DNA of 64,000 nt from Eledone cirrhosa. Its lineage: Eukaryota. Under the pieces are notes generated by a model that was not told where the DNA came from, ran no database searches, and saw only the letters and a program-made list of their open reading frames with translations. Shown here in pieces: positions 38,730-50,579 of the stretch. Each line of letters begins with the position of its first letter. Within the stretch, counting starts at the first letter, position 1. The position numbers and the translations under genes were made by a program. The stretch is from the NCBI GenBank assembly GCA_964016885.1, contig OZ024743.1, positions 313,100,001-313,164,000 on the forward strand, read 5' to 3'.

Positions 38730-39082
38730 TATATATATATATATATATATTATTTATATATATATATATTATTTATATATATATTATTTATATATATATA
38801 TTATTTATATATATATATATATTATTTATATATATATATATATTATTTATATATATATATTATTTATATATATATATATATTATTTATATATATATATAT
38901 ATTATTTACATATATATATATATTATTTATATATATATATATTATTTATATATATATATTATTTATATATATATATTATTTATATATATATATATATATT
39001 ATTTATATATATATATTATTTATATATATTATTTGCAATTTTCAACTGTGAAAATTGCAAACTTGACTGTCACCACACATTA

Positions 39083-39121
39083 TGAACCTGAAGATTGCGA
39101 AAGCATGAAAGTACTTGTTCA
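39083..39121 (+). ncRNA. Minimal type I hammerhead ribozyme (solo pLTR/retrozyme remnant)
   Basis: tgaac CTGAAGA t-tgc-gaaa-gca-t GAAA g-ta-c TT^gttca; palindromic AAGTACTT stem III. Confidence 0.8.
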
Positions 39122-39295
39122 ATTAACACTTAACATTTAATATTCTACCATACTATTTCATTCTAATACCATTATAAATTTTAAGGGATTGTAAATAAAA
39201 GGAGTAAATCAGACAAAGTTGAAATTCCTTTTATTAATATAATCTTCTATACACAATCATACACACCCGTGTATATTTATCTATCTATCTATCTA

Positions 39296-40679
39296 CTGGC
39301 GGATGCGAAAAAATATATAGTGTACGGGGAAAATGGTTCATTCACAATCCATTCCCCCCCGGAACTAAAAAGCCAGAGACTCCTAAACACGGTCATGTTT
39401 AGGACAATCTCGAACAAAAGTAAAAAACCAGCTCAACCATCACAGAGCGAGATAGAGCTGGTTTTAAAAGACGTCATGAAGGACATCACCTTCATTCAGA
39501 AGGATAGACTCTACGGGAGTCTATCCATTCTCATGAAGGACAGGGACACAGCAGTGAAACTGTCCATCAAACCAATCACATCCACCGCATACACCTTCTA
39601 CCCTACGTACATGGGTAGAAGAACACAAAAAATAAAAATCCACACCATCCTGCCGATTATGGACATATGGTGGGTTTTGACAGGTTTTCTGGACCTGGAG
39701 GATGACATGCTGGTGTCCATGGGAAAGGCATCGGGTGACGCGTTCAGTGGAACCAGCCTCGAACTTGTAGTTCAAATGAGGCCCGAAAGGATCGCCCAGA
39801 TCCCTGAACGCGTCATACTGGATGATCTAACCTTCATCAACATTACCGTTGAGGGTAGACGGCCCTCGTGTTACCTCTGCGGAACCAGAGGTCACCTGAG
39901 GGCTGTCTGTCCCCAACTTAATAAGAAAACCCCAATCCTGCCTACACCACCAACAACTGCACAACCACCACAACTACCACTACAAAAACAACCACCACAG
40001 CTCAAACCAAAACAAAACAATGTCCAACCCATCCCCTCCACTCAAAAAACAAAAACAATTTCCAAAACACCCGTACCGCAAACACAACCCGAAAATATAC
40101 CCCTCCCCTCCAACGCGGAAGATGACCCTAGTTCGTCGTCAGACGAGGAGGAGCACTTCCACACAATCAAAAGAAAAAAAAGAAAACACACCTCAGACAC
40201 ACAAATGAAAAAAAACCCTCCCCAAAACATAACACTGACACCAACACAAAAGAGCTCACAACAGCAAACAAAAAACACCACACAAAAACAAAAAACATGC
40301 ATACACATACATAAATACAAGAAACAAAAAACTGTTAAACATTGTGTACAACAACAATCTAATAAAAACACAAGGGCCTAACTTCACCCAGGCAGGGGAT
40401 TTCCCCCACCTCAAAATGATTAAGGCCCCACAGGACACCTATAAAACTTTAAAAAACAATTTTAAAGAGGACGTGGGTCCCCCCTGCGTCGGGCCCATTA
40501 ACCGCGTCCTCCTAAAAAACTATCCCACCCCCTCCCCAAACACCCTCACAACTCCAAGCTCCCCAACCACACAACACACTGATGCCCCCACACTTCCACA
40601 AACCACCACCCCACCCAACAACCCATCCCCCACCCTAATGGAAATTGTGCAGCCCGATACCCGGGACGCAGAGAGGTAA
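39296..40679 (+). CDS. Tx1 ORF1 (gag-like, CCHC zinc knuckle); one apparent frameshift near 40290-40380, start not seen
   Basis: CYLCGTRGHLRAVC knuckle, Pro/Thr/Gln-rich linker; C-terminus (FKEDVGPP..PINRVLLKN..EAER/DAER*) conserved with the second copy. Confidence 0.75.
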
Positions 40680-40703
40680 GTGCCTTTTCTCTTCACCACC
40701 AAC

Positions 40704-43700
40704 ATGGCTATGCTAAGAGTAGGCTGTTTAAATGCGCGTGGCCTGGGCTCAACTTGGAAGCAAGCAATGCTTCTAAATGACCTCAGGTCACAACGTATAG
40801 ATGTGATGGTTATTTGCGAGGCCCGGATCAGCAACGTGCGACAGCTGGCCCCCACCTTTGATGACTTTACGATGCACGCATCTCTCTGTCAGCCCGGAGG
40901 TGGGGGTGGAGTTGTCGTTCTGCTGCAAAAACATCTGGGTCTCGCAACACAGATGGTACATTTGGACCCGGAGGGTCGACTAGTGGTTCTGGACCTTGGC
41001 AGTGGTAAAGGCGGAGCGTTTAGGTTGGTAGCCGCCTACGGCCCTTTCGGGTCAATGCGGCCGGACTTCTTCCATCGTCTGGAGACTTTTCTAGGGACGT
41101 CCCGCTCCTTGCTATTAGTGGGGGACTGGAATGGTATCCTAGATGCACGCTGGGACTACGTAGGGGCCTGCCCCGATAGAGAGGGGTGTAATAGCCTCAA
41201 AGGGTTAATCGGTCGATTTGACCTGGCCGATAGATATCGACTAGATTTTCCGACTGCGCCAACCTGGACTTGGGCAAATCGTAGCGGATCATCTAGGTCG
41301 TACCTAGATAGGTTCTTAGTTAGAATTAAGGATAAGGACTTTTTAAGTTGTCCAAAAATGCGCATGGTTGGCTATTCAGACCACAAATTAGTGACCTGCA
41401 TGGTCAACCTTGACAGAACTCATAGACAGGGCCCCGGTTACTGGAAGCTCAACTTGTCCTTGCCGGCAAGTAGAACCTACAGGAATCGGATTAGTACGTT
41501 AGTTAAGGAACGGTTGACTGGAGCGATCGTCAACAGCAGGTGGTGGGTATCTCTAAAGAGAGAGATTAGAGTAGTCTCGATAGAATTTAGTAAGGTTCTA
41601 GCTGCGGATAGGAATAGGAAGGAAAGGGAGCTAATAGATAGAGTAGAAGAGGCAATTAGAAGCGGCGACGTGGCCAGAGTGCTAGCGTCGAGAACGGCTT
41701 TGAGCCAGTTTTTCGACGCGAAGCACGAAGGCTGCGTTGTCCGAAGTAAAATACGTGCTCTAGGGAACGAGGGGACCAAAGCTGTTAGCTGGGCCCGCGT
41801 GACAGAGGCCAACAGTGGAACTAAATCCACCATCCGGTCTTTGCGAGACCTGGATGGACGGGCGATTCTTGAGCCTAAGCAGATGTGTGAGGCCTTTCAA
41901 AGGCACTTTGCCCGACTGTTCGGGAGGGGCGGGGAGCCGGTTGGGAACGTGGACTTCGGTCCATACCTCGACGGCCTGCCGCGCCTCTCGGACAGGGAGG
42001 CGAAGTCCTGCGAGGAACCGATTTCGGCCGCTGAGATAGAGGACGTGCTGAGCCAATGCGGCAAACGCAAATCCCCGGGTCTCGATGGTCTTCCTTACGA
42101 ATTATATCTAGCTATGCCGGACTTGTTCCCCGATCTCCTCGAGGCGGTCTACTGCAACTGGCAACAGAACGGGAGAATTCCCTGTACTGTGACCAAGGGC
42201 GTAGTCACGCTAGTGAGGAAGGACGAGAACAAGGGGGACGAAATAAGTAACTTCAGGCCCATAACTCTGCTAAATACAGAGTTACAGATTTTGGCCAAGG
42301 TGCTAGCAAAGAGGTTGGCGCTTGTCGTGGGCAACCTGGTGGGAGATGCGCAGACATGCGCTATCCCGTCCAGGTCCATCCATGACAACCTCCACCTCAT
42401 GCGATACATCATAGAGAGGGTTGGGAACGAACCCGGCTTTGGTGGGGCTCTGATCAACTTGGATCAATCTAAGGCGTTCGATAGGGTCGACCATGGTTAC
42501 CTGGATGCGGTGCTAGCGGCGGCAGGCTTCGGACCCGTTTTCAGGGGCTGGATCACTGCTATGCACAGCAGCCGCATCTGCTCCAGGGTCAAGGTGAACG
42601 GCTACCTCTCGGAGCCGTTCAAAATCGCGCGGTCCATCCGACAAGGGTGCCCTCTCTCCTCCCTTCTGTATGTGTTGACTCTCGAGCCACTACTGCGGAA
42701 GTTGGAGTTGTTGCAGGGCATCCCTTTGGAACCGGGATTGCGGAAAGCGGTGTCGGCCTACGCCGATGACGTGACAGTAATGGTGTCGACGGCCTCCGAA
42801 ATCGAGGCGGTCGGCACCTTACTGGAGGAGTACGAAAAGTTCACAGGGGCTAAGCTGAACCGGGACAAGTCGATCGGTTTGCAACTCGGCACGTGGAGGG
42901 GCAGACCGATGCCCTCCGATGGCGTCGTCGGACGCTGGACGGAGGGCCCGGTGAAGTTGCTCGGGGTCTGGTTCGGACCGGACCTCCAGGTGGAGAAAAA
43001 CTGGGCGGAGGTTACGAACAGGGTGTTTGCACTGACCCAGAAGTGGGCCAGTTGCAAACTATCCCTGAAAGGTCGGGCGGAGGTGGCGAACACCTACATA
43101 GCGTCCGTCATCTACTACCGCCTGACCGTAGTGCCCTGCCCAAGGGAAACCCTCACCAAGATGGAGCGCGCGCTCTTCCAATTCCTTTGGAAGAGGCGGG
43201 CTCCTATGGTGAGGAGATCCATCTGCTGTCAACACCCTTCGAAAGGAGGGCTGGGGATGCCGTGGCTAATGATGCGTAAACACGCATTAAGGCTACGGCA
43301 CCTCTACGTATTCCTCACCGGACAACCGGTGTGGGCCTCGTTTGTGAGACGAACCTTTCCCAGACTCGTCTCACTCACCGAGCTGCAATCCTGGGTCAAG
43401 CAAAGACCGAGAAAACTGGGCGCCTGGCACACTGAGTGTGCCCAGGCGCTCACCGCCCTCTGGCAGGCGGATCCGGTTATCAGTGGAGACTCCACCGCAA
43501 CATTCTATAGAGGGCTGGTACGCAGCAGGTGCGACGACGCCCTCGGAGAAGCCCTAGACATGGAGGAGGACGAACTGGCCAGCCTGTTCGGTAGGACATT
43601 CAGCCCGGGACCTATGGACAACTTCCAGAAGTCCCTGGCCTGGCAGTGCTACCGAGGGGCTTTACCCGTTCGAGAAAGGCTCTACAGACACGGGCGCCCG

Positions 43701-44141
43701 GGTAGGGACCCCGCCAAAAAGATCTGTCCCAGATGCGTGTGCGACGAGGAAACCGTTGCACACGCATTGGTACACTGCTCGGGCGCAGCCGATCTGTGGG
43801 GCTATGTCGAACAACTGCTGTCAAGGGTGGGACCGATCCGGTTGACCACCGAGTCTATTGTAATGATCAAGCCACCTCCCCCCTTCAAAGATGAAGCAGA
43901 GGCGGTGTTTCTGTGCGTAATAGCCATGGCGAAAGAGGTTGTATGGTGGACGCGTCTGAAAGGACTGAGGTCAGGCACCTTTCTCTCTGGCCAACAACTG
44001 GTCCGTTTCTTCCGATATCATTTCGGAAGAAGGATCAGGATGGAGAGAGAGGTGCTGCACCCCAGCCGTTTTTATGAAAGATGGGTGAAAGTGGCGAGAA
44101 TGGCCCGTGTGAATGGGCCTTCACTCTACATCAGACTATAG
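40704..44141 (+). CDS. Tx1 ORF2: APE endonuclease + reverse transcriptase + C-terminal Zn finger, intact
   Basis: LNARGL, GDWN, SYLDRF, SDHK, GPGYWKLN, DQSKAFDRV, RQGCPLS, YADD, CPRC..ETVAHALVHC; uninterrupted ~1145 aa. Confidence 0.95.
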   Translation: MAMLRVGCLNARGLGSTWKQAMLLNDLRSQRIDVMVICEARISNVRQLAPTFDDFTMHASLCQPGGGGGVVVLLQKHLGLATQMVHLDPEGRLVVLDLGSGKGGAFRLVAAYGPFGSMRPDFFHRLETFLGTSRSLLLVGDWNGILDARWDYVGACPDREGCNSLKGLIGRFDLADRYRLDFPTAPTWTWANRSGSSRSYLDRFLVRIKDKDFLSCPKMRMVGYSDHKLVTCMVNLDRTHRQGPGYWKLNLSLPASRTYRNRISTLVKERLTGAIVNSRWWVSLKREIRVVSIEFSKVLAADRNRKERELIDRVEEAIRSGDVARVLASRTALSQFFDAKHEGCVVRSKIRALGNEGTKAVSWARVTEANSGTKSTIRSLRDLDGRAILEPKQMCEAFQRHFARLFGRGGEPVGNVDFGPYLDGLPRLSDREAKSCEEPISAAEIEDVLSQCGKRKSPGLDGLPYELYLAMPDLFPDLLEAVYCNWQQNGRIPCTVTKGVVTLVRKDENKGDEISNFRPITLLNTELQILAKVLAKRLALVVGNLVGDAQTCAIPSRSIHDNLHLMRYIIERVGNEPGFGGALINLDQSKAFDRVDHGYLDAVLAAAGFGPVFRGWITAMHSSRICSRVKVNGYLSEPFKIARSIRQGCPLSSLLYVLTLEPLLRKLELLQGIPLEPGLRKAVSAYADDVTVMVSTASEIEAVGTLLEEYEKFTGAKLNRDKSIGLQLGTWRGRPMPSDGVVGRWTEGPVKLLGVWFGPDLQVEKNWAEVTNRVFALTQKWASCKLSLKGRAEVANTYIASVIYYRLTVVPCPRETLTKMERALFQFLWKRRAPMVRRSICCQHPSKGGLGMPWLMMRKHALRLRHLYVFLTGQPVWASFVRRTFPRLVSLTELQSWVKQRPRKLGAWHTECAQALTALWQADPVISGDSTATFYRGLVRSRCDDALGEALDMEEDELASLFGRTFSPGPMDNFQKSLAWQCYRGALPVRERLYRHGRPGRDPAKKICPRCVCDEETVAHALVHCSGAADLWGYVEQLLSRVGPIRLTTESIVMIKPPPPFKDEAEAVFLCVIAMAKEVVWWTRLKGLRSGTFLSGQQLVRFFRYHFGRRIRMEREVLHPSRFYERWVKVARMARVNGPSLYIRL

Positions 44142-44404
44142 GTGAGGAAGATGAAAGACCAAGGGAGCACCCCTTCTCTGTGCTCCTGAGGAGAAGGGTT
44201 GCACACTTTTTTCGGGGGTGTGTGCGACCCCCCAAGGCGCCTCCTCTCTATTGAGGATTTTGTTAAAAATTTTATTTTTTGTGGTATCTTATTTTATTTT
44301 TATATTTTGTTATTGCCTCCTCCTTATTGAGGACGCCTTTTTGTGTAAACTCCCCCCTTTGTACTTGTCCCACTTTTGATGCCCTAGTGGCAAATAAAAG
44401 AAAC

Positions 44405-44486
<82 letters not shown>

Positions 44487-44631
44487 CTCTTAATCTAGCT
44501 GTCGTATGTTCTACAGTGTGGATGTCATTCACTTCGCACAGAAGTTTTGTTCAAATTTATTGGGGAAATTTTGTGAGTTCAAACTTAATTTTGATACAAT
44601 TGTGTAGCTTGACCCTCCGTCTGAACTGTCA

Positions 44632-47600
44632 GGCGGCACCTGAAGGCCGCTTGTCCCCAACTCAACAAAAAGAAAACCCTGCTACCAACACCAGCTCCAC
44701 CACCACCACCACAACAGATAAACAAACAACAAAACTCAGTCCCACCCAACCCGTCCCTCAGTAAAACCACAACACCACCACAACACAAACAGTCACAACA
44801 CATTACCCCAAAACAAAATACAGGCCCACCCAACCTCTCACTCAATAAAACAACACAACCACCGCAGACACAACACACAACACAGTCTAACATAGTGACA
44901 TCCATCTCCCCCACAAAGAAAACCAACACGGAAACATTACCAGCAAACATACCTCTTCCCTCCAACACTGAAAATAACCCAACGAATTCGGAGGAAGAAA
45001 CGGAGTCCTTCAGACAGATTAAAAGGAAAAAAAGAAAACATGTGAAAAACACACAAGGCCAAACAACCCCCACCCAAATCTCAACACAATCCAACAAAAC
45101 AGAAAACACCCCTCCAGCAACAAACAAAACCAAACCTGCCCCTCCTCTCTTCGAAACACTCACACCATCCGAAAAAAGACATTACACTATACTTACATCA
45201 ACAGAAACAATAATAAATTAAATGAACTCATATACAATAATCCTTCGGTACAAACCGAAGGTGTAAACTTTGTTTCGTCAGAAAACTACCCACATTTAAA
45301 ATTAATAAAGATCCCAATGAACCTCTACCAAAAACTAAAAAAGGATTTTAAGGAGGACGTAGGACCACCCTCTGTCAAACCCATAAACCGCGTCCTACTA
45401 AAAAACTTTCCCCCTCCCCTTCCCCTCCCCAACACAACTCCAAACACCCCAACCCCACCACACACTGACGACCCCACACCACCACAAGACACCCCTTCAC
45501 CCAACACCCCCGACCCCATGGAAGTCGTGCAACCCGAACCCCGGGAAGCGGAAAGGTAGGTCTCTACACTCTCCTTTGGCTCTGCCGCCCACATGGATGT
45601 GTTAAGAGTAGGATGTTTGAATGCACGTGGCCTGGGCTCAACTTGGAAGCAAGCAAAGCTTCTAAATGACCTCAGGTCATGTAGTATAAATGTAATGGTT
45701 ATCTGTGAGACTCGAATCAGCGTCGTGCGGCAGCTGGCCCCCACCTTCGATGACTTTGAGATGCATGCATCTCTCTGTCAACCTGGAGGTGGGGGTGGGG
45801 TTGTCGTACTGCTGCAAAAACACCTGGGTCTTGCCGTACAGGTTGTGCACTCGGACCCGGAGGGTCGTTTGTTGGTGCTAGACGTTGGCAGTAGTGAAAG
45901 TGCGGCCTTGAGACTGGTCGCCGTCTACTCCCCTTTCGGAGCTGAACGGCCCGACTTCTTCCAGCGTTTGGAGACTTTTCTGGGAACGTCGCGTTCCCTG
46001 CTTCTAGCGGGGGATTGGAATGACATCCTAGATGCACGTTGGGACTATGCAGGAGCATGTCCTAATAGAGGGGGTGTAACAGCCTCAAGGGGTTACTCGA
46101 CCGTTTTAACTTGGTCGATAGATATCGACTAGATTTTCCAACTGTGCCTACCTGGACTTGGAGAAACCACAGTGGTCAATCTAGATCGTACTTAGATAGA
46201 TTCTTAGTTAGAAGTAAGGATAGGGACATATTAAGCTGTCCAGAAATGCGCACGGTTGGCTACACGGATCACAAATTAGTGACCTGCGTGGTCAATCTCG
46301 AGAAAACACATAGACAGGGTCCCGGTTACTGGAAACTTAATTTGTCTTTACCGGCAAAAGAGACTTACAGAAACCGGATTAGCAGATTAGTTAAGGCGAG
46401 GTTGACGGGTGCAATCGTCAACAACCGATGGTGGGCATCTCTCAAAAGAGAGATTAGAACAGAATCAATAAGTTATAGCAAGATGTTAGCTGCCGATAGG
46501 AATAGAAACGAGAAAGAATTAACAGGTAAATTAGAAGAGGCAATCAAGAGCGAAGATGTGGCCAGAGTGCTGGCATCGAGGACGGCCTTGAACCAGTTTT
46601 TCGATGCAAAGCACGAAGGCTGCGTCATTCGAAGTAAAATACGTGCTCTAGGTAATGAGGGGGCCAAAGCCGTTGGATGGGCCCGCGTGACAGAAGCTAA
46701 GAGTGGAAATCGATCCACCATCCGGTCGTTGCAAGACGAAGATAGACGGGTGATCCGGGAGCCTAAGCAGATGTGCGAGGCCTTTCAAAGGCACTTTGCC
46801 CGATTGTTCGGGGGGGGGGGGGTCCGGGCGGGGGCGTGGATTTCGGTCCATACCTCGACGGCCTGCCGCGTCTCTCGAGCGAAGAGGCAGAGTCCTGCGA
46901 GGGACCAATCTCGGCTGATGAGATCGGAGATGCGCTGAGCCAATGCAGTAGACGCAAATCTCCAGGTCTCGATGGTATACCTTACAAACTTTATTTAGCA
47001 ATGCCGGTCTTCTTCTCCGAACTCCTCGAAGCGGTCTACTGCAATTGGCAGCAGAACGGGAGAATTCCTTGTTCTGTAGCCAAGGGCGTAGTCACGCTGG
47101 TGAGGAAGGACGAGAACAAGGGAGATAGTATAAATAATTTTCGGCCCATAACCCTGCTAAACACAGAGTTAAAGATTTTGGCCAAGGTGTTAGCAAAGAG
47201 GTTGGCGCTTGTCGTGGGTGGCCTGGTGGGAGATGCGCAAACATGTGCTATCCCATCCAGGTCCATTCACGATAACCTCCACCTCATGCGATACATCATA
47301 GAGAGGGTTGGCAACAAACCCGGCTTCGGTGGGGCCCTGATCAACTTGGATCAGTCTAAGGCCTTCGATAGGGTCGACCATGGTTACCTGGATGCGGTGC
47401 TAGCGGCGGCTGGGTTCGGTCCTGTTTTCAGAGGCTGGATCACTGCCTTACATAGCAACCACATCTGTTCTAGGATCAAGGTGAACGGCTACCATTCGAA
47501 GCCGTTCGAAATCACACGATCCATTCGACAGGGGTGCCCCCTCTCCTCCCTTCTGTACGTATTGACTCTCGAGCCTTTACTGAGGAAGTTGGAGTTGTTG

Positions 47601-49289
47601 CAGGGTATCCCCCTGGAACCAGGATTGAGCAAAGCGGTGTCGGCCTACGCCGATGACGTAACAGTAATGGTATCGACCGACTCGGAGATCGAGGCGATCG
47701 GTACCTCACTGGAGGAGTACGAAAGGTTGTCAGGAGCGAAACTGAACCGGGAAAAATCCATCGGGCTGCAACTCGGAACGTGGAGAGGCAGACCGATGCC
47801 TCCTGACGGTGTCGTCGGACACTGGACGGAGGGCCCGGTAAAGTTGCTTGGGGTCTGGTTTGGACCGGACCTCCAGGTGGAAAAGAACTGGAACGAGGTT
47901 ACGAACAAGGTGTTTGCACTAACCCAGAAATGGGCCAAGTGTAAGCTGTCCCTAAAAGGCCGGGCGGAGGTGGCGAACATTTACATAGCGTCCGTCACTT
48001 ACTACCGCCTGACTGTCGTGCCTTGCCCTAAGGAAACACTCACCACCATGGAACGCATGCTCTTCCAATTTCTTTGGAAGAAGCGCCCTCCTATGGTGAG
48101 AAAATCCATCTGCTGCCAACAACCTTCGAAAGGAGGGCTGGGGATGCCGTGGTTGGTGATGCGTAGGCACGCATTAAGGCTACGGCACCTACAGGTATTC
48201 CTCACTGGTCAACCGGTGTGGGCTCCGTTCGTGAAACGAGCCTTTCCGAGACTCGTCTCGCTCACCGAGCTACAGTCCTGGGTCAAGCAAAGATCCAGAA
48301 AACTGGGAGACTGGCACACTGAGTGTGCTCAGGCGCTCAGGGCTCTCTGGCAAGCGGGCCAGGCCATCGGTGGAGAATCCACCTCATCATTCTATAGAGG
48401 GCTGGTGGCTAGCAGGGGCGATGACACCCTTGGAGAGTCGCTGGACATGGAAGAAGACGAACTGGCCAGCTTGTTCGGTAGGACTTTCGGCCCAGGACCA
48501 ATGGACAACTTCCAGAAGTCACTGGCCTGGCAGTGCTACCGGAGGGCTCTACCCGTTCGAGAGAGGCTCTACAGACACGGGCGCCCGGGCAAGGATCCCT
48601 CAAAAAAGATTTGCCCTAGATGCGTGCGTCACGAAGAAACCGTTGCGCACGCATTGGTGCAATGTCCGGGCGTGGCTGATCTGTGGGGCTACGCCGAACG
48701 ACTGCTGTCGCGGGTGGCGCCGATTAAATTGACCGCCGAGTCCGTGATGACAATCAAACCGCCTCCCCTCTTCACAAAGGAAGCAAAGGCGGTATTTCTG
48801 TGCGTAATAGCCATGTTGAAAGAGGTTGTTTGGTGGACACGATTGAAAGGTCTGAGGTCAGGCAACTTCCTCTCTGGCCATAGTCTGGTCTACTTCTTCC
48901 GATATCACTTCGGAAGAAGGATAAGAATGGAGAGAGAGGTGCTTGGCCACAGGCAGTTTTATGAAAGGTGGGTGATAGTGGCGAGAATGGCTCGTGTAAA
49001 TGGGCCTTCTCTGTATACCATCCTGTAGGTAAAGAAGTAAAGGAGAGGGGAGCACCTTCTCCATGTGCTCCCCGGGCAAAGGATTGCACACTTTTTCGGG
49101 GGTGGGGGGGGGTGGGGGGGGGGGGTGGGGGGGTGGGGGGGGGGGGGGGTGTGTGTGCAACCCCCATCACGTCCCCTCCCTTTTGAGGTTATTTTCGATT
49201 ATTTTCATGTTACACCCTTTTTACTCGATTATATGTAAACTCCCCCTTTGTATTTGTCCCTTCTTTTTATGCCTTTATGGTAAATAAAG

Positions 49290-49292
<3 letters not shown>
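44632..49292 (+). mobile_element. Second Tx1-type LINE (related subfamily), 5'-truncated in the ORF1 knuckle, ending at (TC)n
   Basis: Begins at GHLKAACPQLN; ORF2 45593-49028 broken by frameshifts at G-runs (~46070, ~46810). Confidence 0.95.
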
Positions 49293-49382
<90 letters not shown>

Positions 49383-49395
49383 GCGTGTGTGTATG

Positions 49396-49745
49396 TAGGG
49401 ATAAAACCCCTCTTCGGTTACATATGACCATCGGATTTGCACCTAGAAAGTTCCCCTACCGAAGCACAAGTCAAGGCAAGGTTATTTCTGGACGACTAGT
49501 TAGTAGTCACCCATGCATATCAGCTTTCCCTCTCCATACCACTGATGTCCGAGGGGAAGACAAAGGCCGATACAACTTAGCACCAGTGACGTCGCAACTC
49601 ATTTCTACAGCTAAGTAAACTGGAGCAATGTAAAATAAAATGCACGGTGAAGGTGCATAGGCTAGTAATCGGGAGGTTGTGGGTTCGATTCTCAGGTGAT
49701 GCGTTATGTCCTCGAACAAGACACTATTTCACGTTGCTCCCGTGT
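49396..49745 (-). mobile_element. Octopus-type SINE with a short inverted piece
   Basis: gcaccagtgacgtcgcaactcatttctacagct.agt.aactggagcaa; 49640-49745 holds a ggttcgattc B-box and atttcacgttgctcc inverted relative to ggagcaatgtaaaat. Confidence 0.65.
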
Positions 49746-49934
49746 ATATATACGCACATACTATAAAATAATAGAACATTGTTTTTATCAAGGGAGGTTA
49801 CTTATATCACTTTGCTTATAGTTATTTCCCTTAATAAATTTGATAAACCAAAATGGCCAGTGTTTATGAGATCTAACTGCCTAATACGTATTTCTTTAGG
49901 GTTTTTAAACTGGATTTCTGATGTTTATGTATTT

Positions 49935-50185
49935 ACAAGGGCGGTGGAAGCATTTTTGAATTGGGAGAGGAGGGGGGGGGGGCGCAATTTGGTCAATTTA
50001 GTTGTAGTGATTCGTTTAGCACTTTGCACTCTAAAATGTTCAGAAAACTACGATATGCGATAAACATAACATGTACATAAATTGTAGCGCATATCCAAAT
50101 AGATGTGTTTTGGTAGTTTATGAGGAAAATGTAATTATTGGAGGGGGGGGGGGGGCTATGCCCTCTTCAGTTCCACCGCTACTGT
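49935..50185. mobile_element. Probable MITE
   Basis: Imperfect TIRs caagggcggtggaa / ttccaccgctactg with G-runs. Confidence 0.5.
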
Positions 50186-50211
50186 ATGTGTATATATATA
50201 TATATATATAT

Positions 50212-50447
50212 AGTGAAATAAGATAACAAGGACGACTGGTTACTTCTTCATTACGTTTATTGGTTGGTGACGCGCGTTTCGCCACTGATCACTTAACATT
50301 ACAAGGGGTCAGACGAGCCGCGGATTACAGAGTCGCGTCAGATCGATACAGATCGAACCTTGAGCTGATCAGTGACGAAACGCGCGTCACCAACCAATAA
50401 ACGTAATGAAGGAGTAACCAATCGTCCTTGTTATCTTGTTTCACTAT
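50212..50447. repeat. ~80-bp inverted repeat (Penelope pLTR-type inversion)
   Basis: 50212-50290 is the reverse complement of 50366-50447; contains GAAACGCGCGTC, a hammerhead 3' half. Confidence 0.8.
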
Positions 50448-50547
50448 AATACACTCTGTCTAGATCTACACCTCGACACTGAAGTGAACCTAAACATCGA
50501 GTGCTCGCCCGGGTGAACCTACAGTAACTTCAAGTTACACTCGCTGG

Positions 50548-50571
<24 letters not shown>

Positions 50572-50579
<8 letters not shown>

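Larger units (their letters stand above)
39296..44404 (+). mobile_element. Tx1/L1-clade LINE, near full length, in a (TATC)n microsatellite
   Basis: ORF1 + intact ORF2, 3' UTR with AATAAA; (TATC)n on both flanks. Confidence 0.95.

Noticed and set aside
44490-44631. Twin-priming 5' inversion of the second Tx1
   Set aside because: The reverse complement does not visibly match ORF1 of the first copy; origin unresolved.
50355-50400. Complete hammerhead at ctgatcagtgacGAAACGCGCGTC
   Set aside because: Only the 3' half is canonical; no CUGANGA plus stem II could be built.
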